Assembly: GCF_001194135.2 (NCBI RefSeq)
Contig: NC_068986.1
Span: forward strand, 5,161,033-5,225,032
DNA from: Octopus bimaculoides
Lineage: Eukaryota
Length of the DNA stretch: 64,000 nucleotides
Reading direction: 5' to 3'
Made by a program: the position numbers and the translations under genes. The notes under the pieces were generated by a model. The model had not been told where the DNA came from, searched no databases, and saw only the letters and a program-made list of their open reading frames with translations. Of this stretch, positions 40,270-64,000 are shown piece after piece; within the stretch, counting starts at the first letter, position 1, and every line of letters starts with the position of its first letter.

Positions 40270-43200
40270 CTCATTGTCATATATTGTATGTATATTTTGT
40301 ATTAAACTCAGTTGTATCCCAAGGCTCTGTGCTAGATGTATAATAATTTCTTCTTCTAAAAAAAAAATGAAAGAAATGTAATTTTATCCAGCTGAAGTAT
40401 TTTTCTGTTTATAGAATTATAAAAAAAATCATTTTGTTTATTTTCTTTGTATTTTAGGCTCAATTTCAAATTCATTTCCGAAATATATCTCGAATAATGG
40501 ATTGCGTTGGTTGTGATAAATGCAAATTATGGGGAAAATTACAAGTAAGTATTTTTTGAGTTGTGTTATTTTTATTAAAACATTAATGATGTAATTAAAA
40601 ATGATGTCATATAAAACTGTGTTTTGAGTTTAGATTTATATTAGTTTTTAACTTATCAGTAAAGATAACCGTCCACAAAAAACACGTTCAGCCAGTGTTT
40701 ACTGTTTGAAGGACAAAAGAAAATATTACTTTACTTGGAAACAAAATGAAAGTTGGTAATAGGAAGAGTCAGCCATAGAATGATCTTCAATACTCATTCG
40801 CTCAGTACCAGAATGGAAAACTGGGAGAGGAATAAGGTGATGGTGCTGCTGCTACTACCACCAGCATGATCAGAAGTTTCTGATGAAGTCAAAGCCTTAA
40901 TTTTTTACCCTCTATCTATTATATAGATGAAGTTATAAATGCAATGGCAATGAAAAGAGAGAAAGAATGATTATAAAATATCAGGTCATGATATTTTATA
41001 TCTGATTTTCTTGAGATTTGAAAATGTCCGATTTTCTTATGCACCAAGTTTGACAGTCATTAACTCTAATGTTTTATCCTGACAATTTTTTGTTTTACAA
41101 CATTGAAGAGTGACGTCATAACTTTTTAAAATGCAATTCATGGTGTCTGGTTATATTGTGAGTTTTCTCTTGTAAATCAATTTTTATGAACCCATGGATA
41201 GATAAATTTGTTTTGTTTATGAATATGAGTTCTGATGTGGAACCAATGCATCCCAGACAGCTCGAAACATCAATGAGGTGTTTGGTGAAGATGTGGCAGA
41301 TGAGCACACTGTATGTCAATGGTTTGAGAAGTTCCGGTCTGGTGACTTTACTCTTGAAAATCAGCCCCGTGGCAGACCTGAGACTATGGTGGATGATGAC
41401 GAGCTGGAAACTGTAGTGGAAGCAGATACATCTCAAACTATGCATGAGTTAGCAGCAAGGGTTGATGTTTCAATTCCAACTGTATTGGACCATCTGAAAC
41501 AAATCAGCAAGGTAAAGAAACTGGACAAGTGGGTACCACACGAATTGAACAAGCATCAAATGATGCATCATCTTGAAACTTGCTGTTCTTTGCTGTCATG
41601 GCATAAAAGTGAACCATTTTTGCATCATATTGTTGTGTGATGAAAAATGGATTCTTTTCAACAATAGCAAACATTTTGCACGGTAGTTGGATAGTGACGA
41701 AGTACCAAAACACAATTCGAAAACGAATATTCACCAAAAACAAAGCTAATGGTGTCCCTTTTGTGGTCCAGTATTGGTATCATCCACTACAGCTTCATGA
41801 GACCTGGTAAGTCAATTACAGTGGATGTGTACATCAACCAACTGGATGAAATGATGAGTGAACTTGCAATTAAACTTGGTCAATAGAGATAGGCCAATTC
41901 TCATGCTTGACCACATGTCGCACAAAGAACACCACTCAAATTACAGGAACTGAACTTAGAAGCACTCTGTCATCCACCAGATCTTGCACCAACTGACTAT
42001 CATGTTTTCCAGGCATTAGACAACTTTTTGAAATGAAAAATCTTCAAATTTGAGAAGATGCAAAAACAGCCTTTCGTGTTTACATCACCTCTTGCTCTCC
42101 AGAATTCTTCACTGCCAGCATAAATAAGCTACTGATAAAATGGCAAAATTGTGTTGATAATTTAGGTGCATACTTTGATTAACTGCATTACTTTTTGTTG
42201 AGATAAAGTAAAATAAACTTTCAGTTCAAAATTGGACATTTCATTTTTATTGACCTGATATACAGGCCAATGAGACAAATAAGATACATGATCTCAAAAC
42301 ACAATGTCAAGACAAGGTGACACATACACACATACATATATGTATGCATATATATACAATTATATACAACAGGCTACTTTCAGTTTCCATCTACCAAATC
42401 CACTCACAAAGGCTTTGGTCGGCCTTGAGCTATAACAGAAGATACTTGCCCAATGTGCCACACAATGGAACTGAACCTAGAACCATGTGGTTGAGAAGCA
42501 AATTTCTTACTGCACAGCCATGCCCGCACCTACTTTCTTTCAGTTTATTTAGTTTTTACCATTTTGTACATTATGTATCTTTTTTCTTTCTTTCTTTTTT
42601 TTTTTTTTACCTAGGTTCAAGGAATGGGAACTGCATTAAAGATTTTATTCTCTGGTAATTCTATTGGACCTAATTCAGTCGTGAATGCTAACAAAAAGAA
42701 TAACTTCCAGCTTCGAAGAACAGAAATTGTTTCATTAATAAATGCATTTGGCAGGTTTGTTTCTAGTTTAATATTCAATATCACTTAAACATGAGTTTTT
42801 AGTTTCTGATTTTAAATACAAATTCTTCAAATTCAATATCTTCTGTAACCTTATAAGGCAATGAGCTGGCAGAATCCTTAGCATCATTTCGTCCATCTTT
42901 ATGTTCTGAGTTCAAATTCTGCTAAGGTTGACCTTTCCTTTCATCCTTTCGGGATTGATAAAATAAGTACCAGTTGAGCACTGGGGTAATCAACTTACCC
43001 GCTCCCCACTGAAACTGCTGGCCTTGTGCCAAAATTTGCAAACAGTATCTTTAATAACCTTAAATAAATTTCATGATACTGAATAAATAAATAATCACTT
43101 CACAGTGATATTGAGAGATTTACAAAAAAATAGCACACACAACTAACTGAGGCAAACCTAATACTTAAGACTGATGTGGCAATTCTAAAATATTTTTTTG

Positions 43201-43784
43201 TTTCAGTTGGGGCTTTTTTATTTATTTATTTTTTTTGTTCTTTTATATAATAGAAATGCAATGGAAATGGTTATAGCTCAGAATAGAAACTAGTTTTCAA
43301 TAAAATCTTAATACATTAAGGTAAAGAGTGGTGGAGAGATGAACTTGAACTTGAGTGGGAGACAATATACAGTCAGCTAATTTAGAAAAACAGACTTTGG
43401 TAATAGACAAAGAATAGTCAGAGAGGTGATAGCACATCTGTGGTCCAGGTATTGTTGTGCTAGTGAGTGGGTCTTTGTTAGTCAGTTGGACAGCCTTCTT
43501 CTGTATATGGTCTAGTATGTTTGTGCATGCATGCTTTTGTGTAATATAAGCAACATCCCAGATATGGGAGCAATACACTGCTGTGAGTCTTAGTAAAGCT
43601 TTATGAAAGGTCAGCAATTAATCAAAACTGAAATACTTTCCAGACCTACAGGGTAAAGCCAGTCTTCAGGCCACAATTCAGAAATACATGCAAGGTTGCT
43701 AATAAAGATAATTACAAATTGTAAGACCTAGCATTTGTAGCAACTTAGAAGGGTTTTTTTTTTACCATGTATTGTGTGTATGTG

Positions 43785-43820
<36 letters not shown>

Positions 43821-44351
43821 GAGAGAAAGAGAGAGAGGTGCAGTGTGCTGAGAAAGGTCTGGTTGGAGACCCAACCTTCTGAGTTCTTTTACAGGGCTTA
43901 GAAAAACTGAAGGACCGCTGCAATAAGTGTGTAAATCTGAGCGGAGATTATGTTGAATAACTGATCCTCCTGAATTTTTTTTACCCAAAGCCAGGAACTT
44001 TTCAACACCCCCTCATATTGCTTAGGAATGAGTATTTGGGGTACATCAGGGTTGATGGTAAGAAAAAAGATGCTAGTAAATTAGTATAGTGAATAACAAA
44101 TATAATTTTTAATCTATTATAAAAATGTTGAATCTCGTTATTTCTTTAATTGTTGGTATTAATTTTATTGGATTTATTATAGTTTGTCATTGTTTTCTAT
44201 GTAAAAAAAAAATTATATTGAATTTGGATATTTGTACTTGGGAAATTACAAATTTTTATATATTCTTATCTATTTATTTACTATTTTTATATATTTCAGA
44301 TTGTCAGAGAGTATAAAGGAATTGAACACATTCAGAAATACAATGATGTAA
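7325..44351 (+). CDS. ERO1: ERO1-like ER oxidoreductin, multi-exon gene span (5'-incomplete: signal-peptide exon not located)
   Basis: 15 exons with canonical AG/GT ends join in phase to 1278 nt (425 aa + stop). Hallmark motifs: DDCEC, CPFW..QC...DC...C shuttle loop, [63 protein letters not shown] (CxxCxxC active site). Alpha versus beta paralogue not assignable. Confidence 0.97.
9596..9741. repeat. 30-bp minisatellite, about 5 degenerate units
   Basis: Unit ACATACTTATTCATAGTRATATTATTTTTA at 9658, 9688 and 9718, with decayed units upstream. Confidence 0.7.
10233..10316 (+). CDS. ERO1: ERO1 exon: [28 protein letters not shown] (shuttle cysteines)
   Basis: gcag|GTA...ATG|gtaagt; 84 nt, phase 0-0. 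Confidence 0.95.
12281..12683 (-). mobile_element. SINE family 1 copy
   Basis: Reverse complement of 51855-52263. Further decayed copies at ~2222-2574, 5481-5776, 11081-11310, 23941-24310, 46701-47043, 49200-49620 and 49965-50310 (+), and 42335-42530 and 57856-58022 (-). Confidence 0.85.
12962..13018 (+). CDS. ERO1: ERO1 exon: [19 protein letters not shown]
   Basis: aaag|GAT...AAG|gtctgt; 57 nt, phase 0-0; matches human DEVPDGIK. Confidence 0.88.
14876..14952 (+). CDS. ERO1: ERO1 exon: [25 protein letters not shown](S)
   Basis: atag|TAT...AG|gtatat; 77 nt, phase 0-2; matches human YSEEAN...ECEQAERLGAVD including the regulatory Cys. Confidence 0.92.
15010..15325 (-). mobile_element. SINE with family-3 tail but a different head
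   Basis: 15010-15190 matches the family-3 tail. 15190-15325 is a different tRNA-like head containing GTGTCCTTGAG.AAGACACTTTATTTCA. Confidence 0.65.
16021..16237. mobile_element. mariner-derived MITE (217 bp)
   Basis: TA flanks; ~28-bp TIR TGAGGGGGTGCTGAAAAGTTYCTGGCTTT; interior encodes a mariner-like C-terminus on the minus strand. Confidence 0.85.
16324..16711 (-). mobile_element. SINE family 3 copy nested in an older SINE
   Basis: Reverse complement of 47528-47920; ACTGGA repeated at 16315-20 and 16714-19 (TSD-like). Confidence 0.85.
17375..17448 (+). CDS. ERO1: ERO1 exon: [24 protein letters not shown](D)
   Basis: tcag|T GAT...G|gtaatt; 74 nt, phase 2-1. Confidence 0.93.
17585..17705 (+). 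CDS. ERO1: ERO1 exon: [39 protein letters not shown](K)
   Basis: gtag|AT...AA|gtacat; 121 nt, phase 1-2; signature [14 protein letters not shown]. Confidence 0.96.
18175..18281. repeat. (CA)n microsatellite spanning an N gap
   Basis: Read directly. Other microsatellites: (TA)n 3956-4034 and 5778-5849, (CT)n 20952-21012, (GT)n 40230-40266. Confidence 0.95.
18473..20872 (-). mobile_element. full-length (2400 bp) decayed piggyBac DNA transposon
   Basis: TTAA at 18469-72 and 20873-76. TIRs CCCTCTGGTAGTGCGG / CCTTCTGGTGGTGTGG (13/16). Transposase remnant inside. Confidence 0.92.
18731..20555 (-). pseudogene. piggyBac (PGBD4-like) transposase pseudogene
   Basis: Acidic N-terminus from ATG 20555, [25 protein letters not shown] (catalytic D to N), GVDTVNQ, and a C-terminal Cys-rich domain. 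Stops and frameshifts split it over several frames. Confidence 0.92.
22224..22267 (+). CDS. ERO1: ERO1 exon: [14 protein letters not shown](G)
   Basis: acag|A CCT...G|gtatgt; 44 nt, phase 2-1. It is the phase-compatible bridge found between the NCFK and CLEK exons. Confidence 0.82.
22974..23332 (+). mobile_element. non-autonomous Helentron-associated (HINE/DINE-like) element
   Basis: 5' TTATTACTTCCACC-loop-GGCAGAGGT hairpin. 3' subterminal GGCAGAGGT followed by GCGCTCTCTGAGTGCTC, the end structure typical of this class. Confidence 0.6.
24451..24670. mobile_element. TTAA-flanked piggyBac-type MITE (~220 bp)
   Basis: TTAA|TCCTTTAGCA...TGCTAAAGTG|TTAA. Homologous copies at 36526-36722, 54288-54504 and (partial) ~39480-39620. 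Confidence 0.75.
25480..26990 (-). mobile_element. heavily decayed RTE-type LINE reverse-transcriptase fragment
   Basis: MQFRFMP (~25800-25820) and [11 protein letters not shown] (~25710-25745) resemble the RTE motifs MQFGFMP and FVDLEKAFD; outer boundaries approximate. Confidence 0.55.
27534..27548 (+). CDS. ERO1: ERO1 candidate 15-nt microexon: (G)DQLE(G)
   Basis: ctaatgttttcag|GCGATCAATTAGAAG|gtaaaa; symmetric phase 1-1. Gives DQLEGICLEKR, aligning with human SWLEGLCVEKR. Confidence 0.7.
30849..30944. repeat. collapsed hairpin derivative of the 4849-5406 element
   Basis: The outer ends of the same element are joined at GTT|AAC (30896/30897): catcttgtttgttgtt|aacaacaaacaagatg. Arms are ~48 bp, and the element tail CATAATTCCTCATCTCTTAAATATAGAA follows. 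Confidence 0.8.
30990..31560 (+). mobile_element. Penelope-like GIY-YIG endonuclease region remnant
   Basis: [12 protein letters not shown]...NLVYKCTV, then KWTII...KCDFCLEE (31451-31471) and LNCGNEL..KC.H, the motif order of PLE C-termini. Stops and an internal ~135-bp tandem duplication are present. Confidence 0.5.
35147..35239 (+). CDS. ERO1: ERO1 exon: [30 protein letters not shown](D)
   Basis: ctag|GA...G|gtaact; 93 nt, phase 1-1. Confidence 0.96.
36094..36260 (+). CDS. ERO1: ERO1 exon: [20 protein letters not shown]...[24 protein letters not shown]
   Basis: gtag|AT...ACG|gtaatt; 167 nt, phase 1-0. Confidence 0.96.
36303..36722. mobile_element. two different TTAA-type MITEs in tandem sharing one TTAA
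   Basis: The first ends ...ATAACGAAAGGT, the shared TTAA is at 36522-25, and the second starts CCCTTTAGCA and ends AAAGGG|TTAA. Confidence 0.6.
37369..37620. repeat. degenerate minisatellite
   Basis: Recurring CACATGRAGGATTATGATGGTATATCCATCCAT-like units. Confidence 0.5.
38783..38859 (+). CDS. ERO1: ERO1 exon: [25 protein letters not shown](R)
   Basis: aaag|GAA...CG|gtaagt; 77 nt, phase 0-2. Confidence 0.92.
40141..40210 (+). CDS. ERO1: ERO1 exon: [23 protein letters not shown]
   Basis: tcag|A TCA...AAA|gtatga; 70 nt, phase 2-0; matches human SFPLHFDENSFFAG. Confidence 0.94.
40458..40544 (+). CDS. ERO1: ERO1 exon: [29 protein letters not shown] (inner active site)
   Basis: ttag|GCT...CAA|gtaagt; 87 nt, phase 0-0; CxxCxxC. 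Confidence 0.97.
40981..42258 (+). mobile_element. full-length (1278 bp) decayed mariner element
   Basis: TA flanks and TCAGGTCA termini with imperfect TIRs. Transposase remnant at 41194-42182 with [19 protein letters not shown] and [14 protein letters not shown]. Several stops, and the second catalytic Asp is deleted. Confidence 0.9.
42615..42754 (+). CDS. ERO1: ERO1 exon: [14 protein letters not shown]...[16 protein letters not shown](R)
   Basis: ctag|GTT...AG|gtttgt; 140 nt, phase 0-2. Confidence 0.96.
43300..43617 (-). mobile_element. CR1/jockey-like LINE ORF2 C-terminal remnant
   Basis: [17 protein letters not shown]...[11 protein letters not shown] resembles YKAQIRP.LEYCSHIW...LD.IQRRA; a weaker relative lies at ~21330-21500. 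Confidence 0.5.
44300..44351 (+). CDS. ERO1: ERO1 last coding exon: [16 protein letters not shown]
   Basis: tcag|A TTG...ATG TAA; matches human RISTSVKELENFR; no KDEL or TM segment. Confidence 0.92.
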
Positions 44352-44543
44352 TTACATCATTGTGAAATTTCCATTTAACTGTGATAATGCTAATTCTATT
44401 CATCAAAAAAAAGAAAAAAAAACTGTTAAGCTATATTTTTTTATCAAAACCTTCTAAATAACATTCATTTTGGAAAAACTATATTTAATTTGATTGTACT
44501 TTAAGTAAATTTTTAAGGTAGAAAATAACATAAAAGGACTTTT

Positions 44544-44549
44544 AATAAA
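44544..44549 (+). promoter_or_regulatory. possible ERO1 polyadenylation signal
   Basis: First AATAAA, about 190 nt after the stop. The region is AT-rich, so a chance match is possible. Confidence 0.3.
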
Positions 44550-47082
44550 CTGATTCTTTATTTATCGTAGCTGTATAAATGTGGGTGGTCGGGTGTCAGA
44601 AACAAAATATTAAGCATTTTTAGATATTTATGTTATATTGCAGTTATTCAGATGAGATGATTTTGATTAGAATAAGACTTTCCAAAAGTGAGTTTGTTTA
44701 CTACTTTTCTATTGGTATATAAAATAGGCCTGTTATATTTAATTCATTTATTTTTAGGCCAAGTCTGAATAGAAAGGTTTTGGAGAATAATTATAATATT
44801 ACAAACAGATTGAAATGAATTTTGTTAAGTTTAAACTCATTTTTTTTTTTCATCTCCATTGAGAAATTGGATAGAAGAATATCAGAATCAAATCTAAATC
44901 CAGCAGTTATAAATGACTTTTATTAAAGTTTTACAACTTTAGTGTTGATGTTTATGTGGATTCAAAGTTAAAACAAGCAAACCAACACCATCTTAAAAGC
45001 ATTCCAATCAAGATCTAATTCTAGAATATTCTACATAGTACTAAATGTTGATCTACTAAATGTGAAAGAATGAATAACATGTATGAATGTTATCACCACA
45101 AACGTTTTCATTAGAGACAGCACTATCATTCACTTAGTTTAAATTACTACTTTATTATTATTATAATTACTACTTTATTATTATTATAATTACTATTTTA
45201 AAAAAATATTTTAAAAAGTTATTTGAATTTAATGTTTTTTTATTATTCAGATTGCAATATTTTAAAAATGTATTTTTTAAATTTTAGATTTCTTAAATAT
45301 CTACGCAATCTGAAACAAAAAGCTACTCAGGTTCAAGAGGTTGTTTTAACAGTTTTGAGTAGAAAACTAAACTTCTTTTGTAAGAAATATGTATGAAAAA
45401 TGAGCATTTTACTCTTAAAACATATCTCCAAGTGTTCTACTGTTTGTAATTGTATTTCCTTAAATCTATGTAATTGCATTCTATTTTATTTTTAATTTTT
45501 TTTTTTTTCTAATAAAGAAAGTTTCTTCTTAAACTTTTGTCCCTGTTTCTAATTATTTCTAAAAAATGCTTCACAACTATACATCCTGGACTGAATGAAC
45601 ACATAGAGTGGTAAAGACTCTCTAATTTCACAAGACATACTGCAAAGTGGCTAACAAGAGATGTCTGGTCAAAAGGGCCCTCTAGTCTTGTTAAGGACAT
45701 GGCAATCTTCTCTAATGCTGGTGCTATGATAAAATGCAACCAATACATTCTGTAAAGTAATTGGTGGAGGAAGAGAATCCAACCAAAAAAACAAATCCAA
45801 AAATCGAAATTTTGAGTTCTGACTTGTCTAGGAGAAATTACCCCTCTGATCCATACCAGCATGGAAAGTGAACATAAAATTATGACAAAATCATTGAACA
45901 ATCTACATTAAAATAGACACAATGTAAAAATTGTGCTAACAAACTAAATATGTAAATTCTTACATGTTATTTTTAATGTCAAAATATAAGGTCCATTGAA
46001 GTGTTCACTAATTTGTAGAAATAAGTCATATCTTTGTGAAACTAGAACAAAACTTGCATAGATCTGCAATACAAGGATGATATCAGAGAAAATGCACACC
46101 AGGAAAACTTGTTGACAGACATAAGACTCTGCATTTGGAGAAGGGTGGTATAGTAGACTGATTCAATCTCAGTACTTGGTCCCTGCTTCATTGACCCTTT
46201 CTCCAGAAGGATGAAAAGCAAATTTAACCTCAGCAAGATCTGGATTTAGAACATAAACTGATTTTGAGGCTTGAGACCACTAAGTGTCTTCCAGAGTGGT
46301 CATGCCAACCCTTCTCTTTCATTAACAAAATATAAGCACTACTTATCAAGAAAACATCATTACTCCACAACTTCCTTAAACATAAGAAAAACTCAACTAG
46401 ACCCCTGGTTTGACATCAGGTGTACTCCAGAGTAACAACAATGAGCTGGATCAACTCAAAATATTATTCACTACCATGGTATTGAGTACATTTTCCTCCT
46501 GTTTGTTAGCACTAATGGATATACATGTGTGTGAGTATATTATCAAGAAACTCATTAAACTGCTTTTGAATATAGAATTATTCAATGGCATCTGTTCTGG
46601 CCAAGTTGTACAGAGACTAATCTGACATTCACCATTATAAATGCAGTGAAGTAAAAATTGGCTTATTGGAAATGTGTAAACGATACAATATAACAATATA
46701 TAGATGCAGGCATGGCTGTGTGGTAAGAAGCTTGCTTCCCAACCACATGGTTCTAGGTTCAGTCCCACTGCATGGCACCTTGGGCAAGTATCTTCTATAG
46801 TCCCAGGCCAACCAAGGCCTTGTGAATGGATTTGGTAGACAGAAACTGAAAGAAGTCTATCATATATATGTGTGTATGTGTGTGTGTCTTGACAACCAGT
46901 GCTGGTGTGTTTACGTCTCTGTAACTTATCAGTTTGGCTTTAAAAAAAAAAAACTAAGTACTGGGATTGAAACATTCAACTAAAAATTCTTCAAGGTGGT
47001 GCCCCAGCTTGGCTGCAGTCTAATGATTGAAAAAATAAAAGAAAAAAAATATTACCATTAATATGGTTATTTGATATGTTCT

Positions 47083-47088
47083 TTTATT
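47083..47088 (-). promoter_or_regulatory. possible C11orf54 polyadenylation signal
   Basis: AATAAA on the minus strand, about 105 nt after the stop. Confidence 0.35.
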
Positions 47089-47193
47089 TCAATACATTTC
47101 ATAAACTTCATTTGATAGCAAAATTTTTTTCATTGATTATAAAATATATGTGATATATATCAATACTTATTTTTAGTTTCAGTTCTTTATATA

Positions 47194-63174
<15,981 letters not shown>

Positions 63175-63576
63175 CGTTTTAGTATGTGATTGCCTTATTG
63201 TCCTGAAGATACTGATTATTGATAATATTATTTGTCATGTACTCAAAAGAAAGATATTCAAGAGATAAAAGCAACGTGACATTTCCTAACTTTTATGAAT
63301 CCCCGGATGTTGGCCTGCAAACAAAAAATAAATACATGAACATTTCTGCTATTGTTAAAAAAATTTTTTTTTTTTTTTTGTACGTGTCCCAAATTACATA
63401 TAAGTTAATAAACAGTATTTTATTGAAATTAGCAGGAAGCGAATAAAATTCTGATTGTAAAGTGTGAATGTAATCTTAATCCTACTCCTCCAACAAATAT
63501 TATGTGGGCCATGTGCTACTGCAGCTGCATTCCCTTGTGTTTTATAGCTATTAAAAGTTGCAGGCGAAGAAACAAC

Positions 63577-64000
63577 TGTTCAAATACCTCGTCTGTTGCT
63601 TCGGCGAGTCGTTTTTAGATTTTATCAAATGTTGCATGACCCTGATCTTGAATGTTATGCGTTGGAACACAGTGCGCTGTTTTACGCAGGAATTTCAACC
63701 ATGTTTCGTGGTCTGCTACCACAACAGCTCCTTTATAGGAAGGATCCAGTTAGCTCAAGACATCATCAGGAGGAACCACGTCCGGTTTCGGCCCCTACTC
63801 CTCTACCGTTTTGACGTGGCGGGGCCCCTCCTTTCGGAGGTGTCTTCAGCTCTGGTGTTGGGTGCATGTCGTCTTTCTTCTATTCCCTGGCCTCTTCGAT
63901 GCAGCATCAACGAGTGTCAGCCTCCGACTGATCGTCATGTCAAGTTCCCCTTTTTATATCTGCTACTAGGCTCCAGCAGGCAGCCCCAGCTAGTTGTCAC
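63577..64000 (-). other. GC/CpG-rich block, possible LTR or promoter/5' exon (truncated by window end)
   Basis: Abrupt composition change. Minus strand starts (T)GTGACA at the window edge, ends TTGAACA at 63577, and has TATAAAAA at 63951-58 and a donor-like GAG|GTATTT at 63588. Confidence 0.35.

Noticed and set aside
63770-63860. Hammerhead-like pieces on the minus strand (CTGAAGA, GGCCCC/GGGGCC-GAAA-CCGG, CTGATGA)
   Set aside because: An extra hairpin separates CTGAAGA from stem II, the UH site is absent and no stem I pairing is found.

Overview
AT-rich eukaryotic genomic DNA, very likely octopus/coleoid cephalopod. This is inferred from the SINE families, microsatellite load and long introns, and is not proven. 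Two convergent spliced genes can be rebuilt by hand from GT/AG boundaries and homology. (1) ERO1 (ER oxidoreductin-1, + strand) has 15 coding exons at 7325-44351 giving 425 aa in one frame. These include a candidate 15-nt microexon; the signal-peptide exon was not found. (2) A complete C11orf54 orthologue (- strand) has 9 coding exons at 63174-47194 giving 314 aa with the Zn-binding His residues intact. Introns are packed with decayed mobile DNA: a full-length piggyBac, a full-length mariner, a pogo-like remnant, mariner- and TTAA-type MITEs, a Helentron-associated element, RTE, CR1-like and Penelope-like fragments, and several tRNA-derived SINE families. The most striking unexplained structure is a ~0.5 kb palindromic element (4849-5406). 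It consists of head-to-head tRNA-like Pol III promoters, each running into a minimal type I hammerhead ribozyme, and the copy at 5313-5358 has an intact core. A collapsed copy of the same palindrome lies at 30849-30944. Other leads are the ERO1 microexon, a Lys codon (AAA) at a conserved FAD-contacting Arg position that A-to-I editing could restore, and a GC-rich LTR-like block that may supply the C11orf54 promoter. Five 10-N gaps are present, two with overlap-duplication artefacts. No true tRNA, rRNA or CRISPR was seen.
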